Shown here: positions 43,624 through 54,481 of the stretch, piece after piece
Layout of the letters: each line of letters begins with the position of its first letter
Numbering within the stretch: position 1 is the stretch's first letter
Source of the DNA: a virus
IMG/VR virus record: IMGVR_UViG_3300035145_002886
Strand: one strand, 5' to 3'
Length of the DNA stretch: 60,484 nt
The notes under the pieces: generated by a model
The model's database searches: none
The model's input: the letters and a program-made list of their open reading frames with translations, nothing else
What the model was told of the DNA's origin: nothing
Position numbers and translations under genes: made by a program

Positions 43624-45552
43624 TTACTTGTTAAATCTTTTCTTTAACTCTGTAGCGTAGTTAGAAACATCGTAACCAAGTCCGTTAGTCTCTTCCTCCT
43701 TCTTAGATTCTGCTACCATTTCGATTTTTTCCATCTTTGGTGCAGTTTCTCTAAGGTCTCTAGTTTGCCAGAAGTTTCTTACTTGATATTCTGTCTCTAG
43801 TCTGTGGTAATTAGCCTGAGCCTTGATTTGATTTTGTTTTCCTTCAGAAAGAGCTTCCCAAGTTTCTTTATATTCAGTTGGCATAACTTCAATAAAGTAT
43901 GGTGCTGCATTTCTGTTCTCTACGATTAGAGTTGAGCTCTCGATAAGTGATTCGATTTGAGATTCAGTCATAAAGCCTCTCTTAGAAACATTATATCTAA
44001 CCTCTTTCTTCGCATCTTCGTTAAGAGCATTGTATTTCTCTTGTACTTTAGAAGAAACAACTTTAAAGAATGAAGGATTTTCGTTCTCCTTCTTCGTAGC
44101 AGCTTCTACTAGTGTGTTAAGTTTTTCAGAAATTTCATTTTTATATGCATCAGTTGCTGAAACTTCTTCAGCCTCTGCTACTTCTTTACCAGCAGCATCA
44201 GCTCCACCTTCTAGATCTGCTTCTAGTTCAGCTGATTTGTCTTCAGCATCATCTCCTTCTGGAGCAACATCTTGATCGCTGTTATCTAGTTCAGAATCTA
44301 GTTCTTCAGCTGGTGCTGCTGCTTCTTCGCCTTCAACGTTTCCTTCTTCAGAATTGTTTCCAACTTCAACATCTTTTTCAAGATCTTCAACTTCTACACC
44401 GGCTTCAACTCCTTCTTCTTCAACTACTAAGCTTTCGTTGATAGATTCAGCGATATACTCAGCATATTCAGTAACTGATTGTAAGTTTTCTTTCAAGTAG
44501 TTAGTGTACTCGATAAGTTTTTCAGCTGATGTTGTGTTTTCATTGTGAGCCTCTGCTAAGTAATTAGCATATTCTTTAAGGCTTGATAGGGATTCAGCAA
44601 CGTGCTCGCTATATTGAATTGACTGATCTAATTTTTCAGCAACATGATCTGTGTGTTCAATAGATTGATCTAATTTTTCAGCAACTGATTCACTGTACTG
44701 AATTCCTTGATCTGCCTTTTCAGCAACGTGCTCGCTGTATTGAATCGCTTGATCTAATTTTCCAGCTAAGTACTCTACGTACTCTGAAATGTTGTTTACA
44801 TTTTCAACGATATGATCGTTGTGAGCTTTAATTCCATCTAGCTCATTGTTTTCATTTGCTTCAGTTTCTTTTGTATCAAGAGCCTCTTTTAATGATTTAA
44901 TCTCATTAGCAAGATACTCAGTATACTTATTAAAGTCTTCAGCTTTTACGAAATCTGCCATGTCTTTATTTTCTATGATTTGTGTTTGTTCGTTATTTGA
45001 TTTATTTATCTCATAAATGTAGATACCGTTATCGTTATTAAATCCATAAGATTCATTAACTCTTTTCAGCTCTGCATTTTCGAATCCAGGGTCTGCAACT
45101 AAGTCATAAGTAAATAGTTGCTTAATTTTAACTTTACCGTTTGATTCAACAGCACCGGCCGCCCTAGAAGAAATTTGTAGAGGAACACCAGCATCAACAA
45201 GAGCCTTCGCCTGTCTACCCGCATCAGTATCTAATAGTCTAATACGACCTTTTACCTGCTTGGTATCTTTCTCATAAAATAAATCTTCAATGATGTGTGA
45301 GACGTTCTTCAGAGATACGTCAAACTGTGATGGGTGATCTAACTCACCTAAAAGCTTTCCAGACTTAATTTTATTCTGAAGAGACTCTATTTGTGGAACG
45401 TATTCATCCTCGCTGTAAATTCTTTGATTCTTATTCTTTACGTCGATTTCTCCGAAAATACCTTCCAAAACGTATTCTTTTGATTTACCATCTGCCACCG
45501 AAAGTGTTTTCGAAGACATTTCAACGATCAAAAGATCCTTTATATTTTCCAT
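43624..45552 (-). CDS. prohead protease fused to scaffold/core protein (gp21+gp22-like)
   Basis: N-terminal NKNQRIY, GELDHP, ISSRAAG and YDLVADPG; long acidic coiled-coil C-terminus with LDQSIQYSEHVAEK repeats. Confidence 0.9.
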   Translation of the reverse strand: MENIKDLLIVEMSSKTLSVADGKSKEYVLEGIFGEIDVKNKNQRIYSEDEYVPQIESLQNKIKSGKLLGELDHPSQFDVSLKNVSHIIEDLFYEKDTKQVKGRIRLLDTDAGRQAKALVDAGVPLQISSRAAGAVESNGKVKIKQLFTYDLVADPGFENAELKRVNESYGFNNDNGIYIYEINKSNNEQTQIIENKDMADFVKAEDFNKYTEYLANEIKSLKEALDTKETEANENNELDGIKAHNDHIVENVNNISEYVEYLAGKLDQAIQYSEHVAEKADQGIQYSESVAEKLDQSIEHTDHVAEKLDQSIQYSEHVAESLSSLKEYANYLAEAHNENTTSAEKLIEYTNYLKENLQSVTEYAEYIAESINESLVVEEEGVEAGVEVEDLEKDVEVGNNSEEGNVEGEEAAAPAEELDSELDNSDQDVAPEGDDAEDKSAELEADLEGGADAAGKEVAEAEEVSATDAYKNEISEKLNTLVEAATKKENENPSFFKVVSSKVQEKYNALNEDAKKEVRYNVSKRGFMTESQIESLIESSTLIVENRNAAPYFIEVMPTEYKETWEALSEGKQNQIKAQANYHRLETEYQVRNFWQTRDLRETAPKMEKIEMVAESKKEEETNGLGYDVSNYATELKKRFNK

Positions 45553-45603
45553 ATTTTTGGTTTATTTGTTTCTTTATATATCTAATGACAATTCTAAAGT
45601 TTT

Positions 45604-46008
45604 TTACATGTTCTCAAGGTCTGCTAACTCACTTTCGATATCGTCTCCGCCCTCTTCAGAATCTTCAGCTCCCGCCTCTGCTTCTGCTTCTGCTTCTGCT
45701 CCGGCAGGTGCCTCTTCCTCTTTCTCAGCATCGGCTTCTTCTTCTTTCTGTTCAGCATACCATTCGTTCCACTTTTGCTTGATTTCAGCTAGTTCACCTT
45801 GTTTAAATGCATTTTGACCATATTTGTCGAAGAAGTATTCTTCTAATTGCTTTTCATTCTCAGAATTAACAATTACTCCAACTATCTCTGCGGATGAAAT
45901 TGTTTTACCATCCTCTAACGTAATGTCGTCTATTGTAACCTCAGATTCTTCTCCAGGTTTCATAGTTTCTTCCTTAATGAATTGTTCAAATAATTTTACG
46001 TATCTCAT
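45604..46008 (-). CDS. acidic prohead core protein (gp67/68-like position)
   Basis: MRYVKLFEQFIKEE N-terminus; between portal and protease. Confidence 0.65.
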   Translation of the reverse strand: MRYVKLFEQFIKEETMKPGEESEVTIDDITLEDGKTISSAEIVGVIVNSENEKQLEEYFFDKYGQNAFKQGELAEIKQKWNEWYAEQKEEEADAEKEEEAPAGAEAEAEAEAGAEDSEEGGDDIESELADLENM

Positions 46009-46027
46009 TTTGTATTTATCTTTTTAT

Positions 46028-47626
46028 TTACATCATTCCACCCATCATATCCATTGCATCTGGTTCGTCTGCGCTTTCGGCATCATCTTTAGCTTTAGCT
46101 GCTGCATTTGCTGCCAAGTCATCATCAGATACTTTAAGATATTTTTTAACAAGGAAGTCCATGTCAAAGAAGTATTCTTCTTCCATTGTCGCTGGATTTG
46201 TTGTCATTAAGCTGTCTCTCATTTGTCCAATAAAGTCTAGTCTACGCTCCATGATCTCGTAGTTCTTTAATTCGGCAAAAACGTTCTCCTCATTAAATCG
46301 AAGTGCAACTTGCGTTTTGAATTGTGGATCGTTCTCGAACTCAGGGTATTTAAGACACATTTGCAAGTAAAGTGGTTTTACCAATACCTCTTGGAAGGCT
46401 GATCTAAGTCTATTAACAAACTTAGAGAATTTGATTTCATCTCTAATCATTCCGTCTGCTGCAAGGTTAAAATCACCACCTCCGTCTTCATATAGGAAAC
46501 GTGAGTAAGGTATTTTAGAAACATGCTTTAATTTATCAGAGAAATATTTAAGTGCTTCTGTATCTGAAAGATCGGGTCCATCACCTCCAAGCGTTTCAAT
46601 TTCAGGTTGTTCTCCATCTTTTGATGGTAACCAGTACTCTTTGTTAAATTGCAACATTGGTTTACCATCAGTTTGAAGTGATGCACTTTCCCAGTCAAAT
46701 TCAACATTCTCTTTATATGAATGCATTAATTGAGCAAGTGATTGTTTTGCTCTTGTCTTTGATTTACCGCCAACAGGAATAATAAACTTCATTCTAAAGC
46801 TCGAATTTGTGGTTGCCCAAATAACTCGAGTGTGTTCCATAATTCTCAATAGGTTAAATGCCCTAACAAGTCTTTCAATATATGAAACTCTACTTGCTGT
46901 TGTAATTGAGGAATATGAAATATAGATAACTTGAGAGTCGTATAATTTTCTCTCTTTTACTGGGTCGTCTTTGTATTGTACCCATACTTTTTTACCGTCT
47001 TCATGGTTATATCCAGGAATAAGTGTAATTGGATCAAGTTCTTTAAAACCTATAATCTCCTTTTGGTCTGGAGAATATACAATTTCAAATGCAAGATAAC
47101 CATCAACTAAGAATTTTCTATAGTAATACCAAGCTGATTGGTCTTGTGTAAATCCAAAATACTGGTAAATTTGCTTGTAGTATTTGTTAAGATCTTTTTC
47201 AACTTCATCGCTAACCTCCATTCCAATAATTTCAGGTTGAGCAAAGAAATTTCTTTCGTCATAAACTACAGTTTCATCACACATAATATCGAGAATATCC
47301 TCGATCTCATCATTAAGTGAAAATCTTCTTAGTTCGTCCCTTTTACCAGCATAATCTTTATCAAAGAATGGAATGTTCTTTTTTAGATTAGTATCTGTCA
47401 TTGAAAGGGCTGCAAACGCACCATAAATATCGTCGTTATCGAGACCCATTGGGTTCATTTGGCCGTAACCAAATTGATCCTCCATCGGTCCAATTGCTTG
47501 AGACTGTCTAAGTACTAAATCATCGTATCTCATTCCAAACGAAGAAAGATTTTTCAATGCGTTTGAAATTCTGAAAGGTCTTCTTCCAGTACTTAATGGT
47601 CCATTTCTGTCAGTAAATCCTGCCAT
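46028..47626 (-). CDS. portal protein (gp20-like)
   Basis: FLVDG, EYWLPSKDG..IETLGG, KIPYSR and RDEIKFSKFVNRLR. Confidence 0.96.
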   Translation of the reverse strand: MAGFTDRNGPLSTGRRPFRISNALKNLSSFGMRYDDLVLRQSQAIGPMEDQFGYGQMNPMGLDNDDIYGAFAALSMTDTNLKKNIPFFDKDYAGKRDELRRFSLNDEIEDILDIMCDETVVYDERNFFAQPEIIGMEVSDEVEKDLNKYYKQIYQYFGFTQDQSAWYYYRKFLVDGYLAFEIVYSPDQKEIIGFKELDPITLIPGYNHEDGKKVWVQYKDDPVKERKLYDSQVIYISYSSITTASRVSYIERLVRAFNLLRIMEHTRVIWATTNSSFRMKFIIPVGGKSKTRAKQSLAQLMHSYKENVEFDWESASLQTDGKPMLQFNKEYWLPSKDGEQPEIETLGGDGPDLSDTEALKYFSDKLKHVSKIPYSRFLYEDGGGDFNLAADGMIRDEIKFSKFVNRLRSAFQEVLVKPLYLQMCLKYPEFENDPQFKTQVALRFNEENVFAELKNYEIMERRLDFIGQMRDSLMTTNPATMEEEYFFDMDFLVKKYLKVSDDDLAANAAAKAKDDAESADEPDAMDMMGGMM

Positions 47627-47657
47627 TTTTTTACTATTATATTCTGTTTATATATTC

Positions 47658-48260
47658 TTAACTACCTAGGTGCTTTCTAAATTGTCTTCGTATCTTTCCG
47701 ACTGTAGATCCATTTAGATCAATGAAGTCACAAAGTGCTATCGTACTCCAATTTTCATATGAAATCACCGCTTGGTTACTTTTTAAATTTGGTATATATT
47801 GTCTAATTGCAAAGTCAAATCCAAACCTACCTAAAAACTTTTTTGCTCCTGAATATGAAAGGTTTATTTGTCCCTGTCTAATTGCATCTCCAGCCTTACG
47901 GCCTTTCATTTGATTTTTAATTTGGTTTTGCATAATTCCATACACATAATCAAGCAATTCTTCCTTTACTTTAACTGGAAGTAGATTAAGATTAATGCCG
48001 ACATCGTTTCCATTATATGGATCGAGAGCCAATACCACTGGATTTTTATCCCACCATTCTAATTTATCTGCCCATTTCGGGGTTGAGTACTCAAAGACAT
48101 AAATCTTTCCAGGTCTAAATCTTTTTCCGGTAGCGGCAACTGACTTTTCATTCATTACCTTTTTGCCATTCTCAAACCAAGCATGCGCCTTTACTCTAGC
48201 AAGTCTTTTACCTCCAGCCTCTTTAATAAGTTTTCTAATTTCAGTTTTAATAACTCCCAT
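47658..48260 (-). CDS. DNA end protector (gp2-like)
   Basis: PGKIYVFEY, WWDKNPVVL and GINLNLLP. Confidence 0.8.
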   Translation of the reverse strand: MGVIKTEIRKLIKEAGGKRLARVKAHAWFENGKKVMNEKSVAATGKRFRPGKIYVFEYSTPKWADKLEWWDKNPVVLALDPYNGNDVGINLNLLPVKVKEELLDYVYGIMQNQIKNQMKGRKAGDAIRQGQINLSYSGAKKFLGRFGFDFAIRQYIPNLKSNQAVISYENWSTIALCDFIDLNGSTVGKIRRQFRKHLGS

Positions 48261-48733
48261 TATTTAAGAGATTTTTCAGTTAGAACTACAAACCTCCAGC
48301 CTCTTTCTTCTGCCCATTTTTTAGCATATGCATATTTATCTCTATTTTTAACAAACTGCTCTGCTAGAAACTTATAAGATGCAAGTGCTTTCTTTGAGTT
48401 CTTTTTTGGAGGCTGCGGCTTTTTGATTTGCTCTGAGGGTTTAATCTCAACTAAGAACTCTTCATAACTATCCCCTTTCTGGACCTTCATATAAAAGTCG
48501 GGATAGTACCTACGCTCTTTTTTATCAAGAGTAGACCAGTATTTGATTTCTACTGGTTCAGATGACCAATGAACAACGTCATCTCTATTGTCACATAAAA
48601 CCATAAACTTTCGCTCCCATGAGGAACGAAAGATAATTGGGGTCTTTCCTAAATATTTGTTTGGATATTTTGGTTCGAAATAACCTTGTATAAACCCTGA
48701 ATTTTTAGTTGGCTTTACATTCTTTATTGACAT
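48260..48733 (-). CDS. head completion nuclease (gp4 / TnsA-like)
   Basis: KYLG...RSSWE, WSSEP, YYPDF and VEIKP. Confidence 0.92.
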   Translation of the reverse strand: MSIKNVKPTKNSGFIQGYFEPKYPNKYLGKTPIIFRSSWERKFMVLCDNRDDVVHWSSEPVEIKYWSTLDKKERRYYPDFYMKVQKGDSYEEFLVEIKPSEQIKKPQPPKKNSKKALASYKFLAEQFVKNRDKYAYAKKWAEERGWRFVVLTEKSLK

Positions 48734-49107
48734 TAAATATTGAATAGTCCTCCCTCCTCTCCATAAGAGCCGCTTGATTTATCAAGACTAAGGGTAGACT
48801 TATATTTTTTAGGATGGATTTTATTCCAACCTTTGGCATATCCGCGTTTAGCGATTTCAGTAAAATATGCAAATGCATTCGTATACTTAGGATTAAAGTT
48901 TCTCCAATATTTTAAAAGATCTAATAGAGCAAATTGTAAACAATCTTGCCTGTCATCTTCATTTACATAGGACAATTTTCTAATAGCCCGCTCAGCAAGG
49001 AGCACCAACATTTTTTCTGCGTCTGGTGTTAATTTGTCCTGTTCTTTTGATAAAACTATTTGATCATACAGGTCTCTATTATTTAGATAATTCTTTTTTC
49101 TTGCCAC
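48733..49107 (-). CDS. late-transcription sigma factor (gp55-like)
   Basis: YLNNRDL and NFNPKYTNAFAYFTEI; GTG start. Confidence 0.85.
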   Translation of the reverse strand: MARKKNYLNNRDLYDQIVLSKEQDKLTPDAEKMLVLLAERAIRKLSYVNEDDRQDCLQFALLDLLKYWRNFNPKYTNAFAYFTEIAKRGYAKGWNKIHPKKYKSTLSLDKSSGSYGEEGGLFNI

Positions 49108-49136
49108 GGTTGGAATATTATTTTAGTTTTATATAC

Positions 49137-49165
49137 AAAAAAGGCCAATTGTTTCCAATTGGCCT
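49137..49165 (-). terminator. intrinsic terminator overlapping a middle promoter
   Basis: AGGCCAATTG-GAAA-CAATTGGCC followed by a U tract. Confidence 0.8.
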
Positions 49166-49189
49166 CTAGATATTATATGTATGAATCAA

Positions 49190-50392
49190 TTAGATTGAAT
49201 CGTCAACCATAAGGTCAACGTGTCTCTTAACAACCTTCATTGGTTTATCTTCTACAATTACTGTAATCATATCATCCTTTGCAGCTGATGTATAATCAAG
49301 AGCGTCAACTTTAATTGCTGATCCCTTTGGTGCTCCATTATATTCAGATCCTAAAGTAGCGTCCATATAGCCGTCATTCTTAGTTAACTCATCATTCTCT
49401 AAGATTGAAGCAATTGTCTCAAACTTTTTAATCTCATTGTTAATCAGCTTGTCCGCTTCTTTAATTTCAGTAATGTTCTTATTTGCTCCAGCAAGAATAT
49501 TTCTCTGGTCCTTTAAGAATGCAATTAACTCATAGGTCTCTTCTAACTTTGCATCGATTCTTGACTTTAAATCTTCACTTGTTTGAAGTACATCTTCAAA
49601 CATAAATGTTACATCTTCTCCTGTTTTTTCAGCAACATAATCAATTGTTGCAAGTGGAGAAAATTCATTGAATTCTTCTAGTTTAGTTTCTGTGTTATTT
49701 CTAAAAGCGTATCCTTTATTTCCAACTCTAAAAGTAGAATAAGATACACCTCCTTCCTTAACCTCTACTAGGTTTTCTACAACTGAAAAGCTGTTAAAGT
49801 TTTTAGCAGCTATTTCAAAAGCAGATAGAATAGATTTGTTCTTAAGATTTACATATCCTGTGGCGTATGCTTCGTCTGCAAATCCTTCAAGAACTACTTC
49901 TCTGCTATTTACATAAACTTTATTTTCTTCAGCAACATATGTGTATTTTACATAGGTTGCTGCTTTTTTAAGTTCTTCAATTTTAGCAGTTAATCCATTT
50001 ATGATGTTATTTGCTTCAGATACTGCAACTTCATTGTTTGATAGTTTATGGGCTTTTCTTAGCGCCTCAACCTCAACTAATCTTTCAGTTAGTTCGCTAA
50101 TTGTATCATGTGCTGTAACAGACTCGTTTAGTTTATCAGTTTGAAAATCTACAGATACACTTTCTACCAAATGCTTAATGCTATTTGCTTTAATATCGTA
50201 GTAGAATTCAATTCCATCTTCAGTAACGTTAAAGTTTTCAAGTACCCATGCTAGCGTTGATTCTAGTTGTGTAGGGTTTGTTAGAATTACCTCATTTTCA
50301 TTAACCTCAAAGAATCTACCAGCAGAATAAACTCTACTAATTGAATCTTCATTAACACAAACTGTAAAGACATTTTTATTTAATGCTGTCAT
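49190..50392 (-). CDS. hypothetical late (virion) protein
   Basis: 400 aa; GATATATA upstream. Confidence 0.8.
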   Translation of the reverse strand: MTALNKNVFTVCVNEDSISRVYSAGRFFEVNENEVILTNPTQLESTLAWVLENFNVTEDGIEFYYDIKANSIKHLVESVSVDFQTDKLNESVTAHDTISELTERLVEVEALRKAHKLSNNEVAVSEANNIINGLTAKIEELKKAATYVKYTYVAEENKVYVNSREVVLEGFADEAYATGYVNLKNKSILSAFEIAAKNFNSFSVVENLVEVKEGGVSYSTFRVGNKGYAFRNNTETKLEEFNEFSPLATIDYVAEKTGEDVTFMFEDVLQTSEDLKSRIDAKLEETYELIAFLKDQRNILAGANKNITEIKEADKLINNEIKKFETIASILENDELTKNDGYMDATLGSEYNGAPKGSAIKVDALDYTSAAKDDMITVIVEDKPMKVVKRHVDLMVDDSI

Positions 50393-50428
50393 TTTATCGT
50401 TTTTGATTTTTTTTTATATATCTCAATG

Positions 50429-51235
50429 TTATTCCTTAAATGGAAGCTCTCTTCCAGTCACAGTATAGTTATCTCCAAGGATAGACTCACTGGTCTTACC
50501 TGATCCGCTGTTTCCTACACTTCCAATTTGATACATTCTATTTCCAGCATGTCTCTCAGTGCTAAAGTCAAATGATGGAATAAATGAATTAATTTCAAGA
50601 GCAAAAGTTACCCTAAAGTCCTCTTTTTCACCAAATGCAAACTCAACAGGTCTTTCAATAGAATAATCGTCAGGCACTGCATATTCAGATGATATTCTAT
50701 ATAGACCTTCTTCTAAGTGTCCAACCTCTACATTATAATAATTAGAGCGATACATCTTTTTAATGATTCCTTCTGTTACTTTAAATATATCTAGCTGGCT
50801 TGAAAGTACAATTACAACATCAACTCCTATCACGATTGGTATCATATCGAACTCAGCCATGTAACTTTGCATTGTTCCATTTTCGTCAAGCTTTGCATAA
50901 AATCCCTCGTTTCTTTTATTGACCAATTTTGAAGGGTCAACATTAAGCGATGTAACATTAATTACACCTCTTGGAATTTGGTCGTAATTACCATCTGCCT
51001 TACCGACACCAGGAACACAATTTACTCCCTGTGCTGTCGAGAATAAGAAGTTGTCTCTTAAAAAGTTTTCATCTCCTGTAATGGAATAATAGAAAGGTAC
51101 GTCAACTTCAACCCTCTGGTCATTAGAGACCTGACGATAAAAGCTCATCTTTTCATTCAGGTCTGCAAGCAGCCCGATAATTAAGTGACGAACTACACTG
51201 TCGTCTTTGTTAAATTTAAGGTTATAAGTTGCCAT
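50429..51235 (-). CDS. tail terminator / sheath stabiliser (gp15-like)
   Basis: VDVPFYY and QIPRG motifs; size and late motif. Confidence 0.65.
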   Translation of the reverse strand: MATYNLKFNKDDSVVRHLIIGLLADLNEKMSFYRQVSNDQRVEVDVPFYYSITGDENFLRDNFLFSTAQGVNCVPGVGKADGNYDQIPRGVINVTSLNVDPSKLVNKRNEGFYAKLDENGTMQSYMAEFDMIPIVIGVDVVIVLSSQLDIFKVTEGIIKKMYRSNYYNVEVGHLEEGLYRISSEYAVPDDYSIERPVEFAFGEKEDFRVTFALEINSFIPSFDFSTERHAGNRMYQIGSVGNSGSGKTSESILGDNYTVTGRELPFKE

Positions 51236-51267
51236 TTAATATAGAATATTTCTACTAGGTATATATC

Positions 51268-52938
51268 CTATTCAATTCTTTCTATTTCGAGCTTTGAGAA
51301 TCCATTCTCTCTGTAGATCTGGATCTTTTTATCAAATATCTCATGTGGTAAGACTGAGTGATTAATAACAAACGTATTAATTCTGTTCTCTTTAATTACC
51401 TGAGAAAGAATCTTTAAGATGTTATGTACTCCATCATTATCTACTGAACTCAATAACTCATCTAGGAAAAGAAGGTTTAATTGTGGGAACCTTAACTTCA
51501 ATATCTTAATAATTGCAATAATGATAATAAAGTCGGCCTTCTTACGTTCACCTGTAGAAAGGGTCATTGGATTAATCTCTTCTCCTAAGTGATTGATGAT
51601 ACAATTAAACTTTTCGTCAAATCTAATATGAAACGATAAGTGCATCGTTTGAGTCATCGCTGCAATATTGGTATTAAGCCCAGGTAGGATAGTTTTAACC
51701 GCTAAATTCTTAACACCATCTTCTCCCAAGATATTTTCAACCATCTCAGTAAATTGATACTCATTCGAAAGTTTACTAGATTCTGCAGACTTATCAGCCT
51801 CTTTTTCTTCGAAGTCAGAAATAAGTTTATTTAAATGCTCAAACTGGTCTCCGTCTGCGGTCTCCTTAATTTTAATTAATTCGTTCTTTAAAGATTGCAT
51901 ATCATACTTAATTTGAGAAATCTTTGACTCAATTTCTCTCTTACTATTATTAAGTTGATCCGTCTTTTCTTTTGCGACATCCATCAATTCTTTTTGCTGC
52001 TTGATTTGATCAGCACTATCTTTGAGTTTGTCGTTATATGTGTCTAACTTTTGATTATGCCATTCGCTATCAAGTTTAGTCTCACAGGTTGGACAGTGAC
52101 CCTCTTCATAAAGATTAATCTTTTTCTTTAGGTATTCAATTTCGTGCTTGAGTTTGCTGGCCTCACTTCTAGAGTCTTCATACTCCTCCTTTGAAGTTCC
52201 TATCTGAGCGACTAAATTATCTCTGTCGGAATTCAGACCTTTTACCGTATCGTTTAATTCCGTCAACTCATCTCTTAGCTGCTTAATTCTCTCCTTATTT
52301 TTTTGTGAAGATTCTTCAAGCAATGTATTGAGTTTAGATCTAACCGATTGGATTGACTCCATTATTTGATTGAGTTCACTATCATATGCGCTTATCTCAA
52401 GCTTAATGTTTCGCCTCTCCTCTTTAATCTTTTGTTGCATTTCATTCAAGACAGAGAATCCAAACATCTTATCAATAATTTGCTTCTTATCACTATTATT
52501 CATTGTCAAGAAAGACTTAAAGTCATTAATTGATAGGATAATAATGTTCTTAAATACATGGTACGGAATTCCATACACCTCTTCTTCAAGATACTCCTGT
52601 ACACTCTTTTTACCAGCCTTATCAAATTCAACCCCGTTTAATTTAACTGTAAAAATACCTGGATCTAGACCCCTTTCAATGTCTACGTCTATTGTTCCAC
52701 ATCTTAATTTAATGTGAACCCATAGCTCTCGATTAATTCTATTTGGAAGATCGCCGAGCTTTACACCTTCTACCTTGCCATATAGGGCAAATATGATAGC
52801 GTTTGCAATAGTTGTCTTTCCATCTCCGTTTTTACCAAGCGTTAGAAACAACTCAGAATAGTCCTGTTCGAACTCAATGGTCTGAAGTTTGTTTCCATAA
52901 CTTGCAAAATTCTTAAATGTTATCGAATCTATTCTCAT
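51268..52938 (-). CDS. recombination ATPase gp46 (SbcC/Rad50-like)
   Basis: GKNGDGKT, zinc hook CPTC, LSTGE and FLDE. Confidence 0.95.
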   Translation of the reverse strand: MRIDSITFKNFASYGNKLQTIEFEQDYSELFLTLGKNGDGKTTIANAIIFALYGKVEGVKLGDLPNRINRELWVHIKLRCGTIDVDIERGLDPGIFTVKLNGVEFDKAGKKSVQEYLEEEVYGIPYHVFKNIIILSINDFKSFLTMNNSDKKQIIDKMFGFSVLNEMQQKIKEERRNIKLEISAYDSELNQIMESIQSVRSKLNTLLEESSQKNKERIKQLRDELTELNDTVKGLNSDRDNLVAQIGTSKEEYEDSRSEASKLKHEIEYLKKKINLYEEGHCPTCETKLDSEWHNQKLDTYNDKLKDSADQIKQQKELMDVAKEKTDQLNNSKREIESKISQIKYDMQSLKNELIKIKETADGDQFEHLNKLISDFEEKEADKSAESSKLSNEYQFTEMVENILGEDGVKNLAVKTILPGLNTNIAAMTQTMHLSFHIRFDEKFNCIINHLGEEINPMTLSTGERKKADFIIIIAIIKILKLRFPQLNLLFLDELLSSVDNDGVHNILKILSQVIKENRINTFVINHSVLPHEIFDKKIQIYRENGFSKLEIERIE

Positions 52939-54041
52939 TGGTCAATATCGTGGTTATATGCACACAGATCGTGCAATTGTTTTAACTTGTGCTTTAGTTG
53001 TTCTTTCGTCTCATCATCATAATTTAGATTATCAACGTAACTATCACACAGGCTAAGTATGTTATAGTTCTTATAGATTTCCTCGTCAAGGTCATGAAAG
53101 TCCTTGTCGATTATATCTTCGTCCTGGTAAATGTTTGGTTCTAGTCTTCGACCTATGTTCTGTATCTTGTTAATTAGCTGGCCAAGAGAATTTGACGCTG
53201 CAATTTTACTAGGAACAAACAAGTCAACAAAGTTATTCTTTATCTCTTCCTTAAAAACACCTAGAGGAACATCGTACAATTTAGTTATATTGTATTTTAA
53301 GAACTTTGGTGATATATTGTTGGGGAAGAAAGTTTCTTCCATATTGTCTAAATCAACTAGGTCAAATCCTTTTTGATTCCCTCGGTCTGAACGTGTTAAT
53401 TCATATGGTGTTCCAACCATCAAGAGCTTCTCTTTTTCTTGGCGATAGTGAATATGTCCACTATAGACTCGAGTGTATTTACGATATGTTGAAGGTCGGG
53501 TACCGTGGTCATTCTTAACCTTTTCGTTTAGATAGAGTCCACTTACCTCAGAATGACAAAATACTATCTCAGCATTTGGAAACTCTGCAAGAGTCTCAAT
53601 TTCATGGTTAACGTCACGCCTCCAAGGCATTAAAAGTACCTTTCTTCCGTTCCATTCTAATTGTTTTGGTTCTTTATATACCTGTACGTTTGGGATCCAT
53701 TTCAAAGAGTCAATTGAACTTACGTCGTTACTCTTTTTTGCCCAAATATCATGGTTTCCGACAATAATATGAACTGGTAAAATTTCACCAAGTCTTTCAA
53801 ATACTTCAACCGCGTAGTTTAGTACTTTAATATTGATTGATTGTCTGTTATCAAAAGTGTCTCCAACCTGGACTAAAATATCTCCAGGTCTTACATTCTT
53901 TTTGAGTGTTGGGATAAAAAGGTTCTCAAAGAAGTCTTTTTGAATCTCAAGCCATTCTTGGGAATTTGCTCGCACTCCAAAGTGTAGATCCCCAAGAATC
54001 CACACTCTTTTTACCCCTTCACTTAAATTTCCATTAATCAT
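52935..54041 (-). CDS. recombination nuclease gp47 (SbcD/Mre11-like)
   Basis: GDLHFG, GDTFD, GNHD and SGHIH. Confidence 0.95.
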   Translation of the reverse strand: MINGNLSEGVKRVWILGDLHFGVRANSQEWLEIQKDFFENLFIPTLKKNVRPGDILVQVGDTFDNRQSINIKVLNYAVEVFERLGEILPVHIIVGNHDIWAKKSNDVSSIDSLKWIPNVQVYKEPKQLEWNGRKVLLMPWRRDVNHEIETLAEFPNAEIVFCHSEVSGLYLNEKVKNDHGTRPSTYRKYTRVYSGHIHYRQEKEKLLMVGTPYELTRSDRGNQKGFDLVDLDNMEETFFPNNISPKFLKYNITKLYDVPLGVFKEEIKNNFVDLFVPSKIAASNSLGQLINKIQNIGRRLEPNIYQDEDIIDKDFHDLDEEIYKNYNILSLCDSYVDNLNYDDETKEQLKHKLKQLHDLCAYNHDIDQ

Positions 54042-54481
54042 TAGAATAATTTATTGATGTTTTTACGGTCTAAAATTCCCGTCTTTCTATCAAGTTCTTC
54101 GATTAGATCCTCTTTATATACGTTTGAAAGAGAATTATAAAACTTAGTTGGATTAATATCAAAGTATGTGCACATCTCGCTAAAAATATCGATTCGGCTG
54201 TAGTTCTTAACCATCTCTCCGGCAACGTATCCATATACGTCGTTAATCTCAACCTTCTTTAACTTTGTGTTTCTTCCATGTTCATCAATCTCATTAAATT
54301 TTTTAAATCTAGAGTTGATAATTAATTCGTGAATTGTTGTTGATATTAATTGATAGTGAATCTTCTCCTCTTCTGACTTTGAATCAGTCCAACTAGGATC
54401 CAGATTAAATGAGAAGTTTGGAATTATCTCAAAATCTGGTGAATCAAAATTATTATCAAATATTTTATCTCTGTTTTCCAT
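54041..54481 (-). CDS. hypothetical protein
   Basis: 146-aa ORF coupled to its neighbours. Confidence 0.8.
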   Translation of the reverse strand: MENRDKIFDNNFDSPDFEIIPNFSFNLDPSWTDSKSEEEKIHYQLISTTIHELIINSRFKKFNEIDEHGRNTKLKKVEINDVYGYVAGEMVKNYSRIDIFSEMCTYFDINPTKFYNSLSNVYKEDLIEELDRKTGILDRKNINKLF

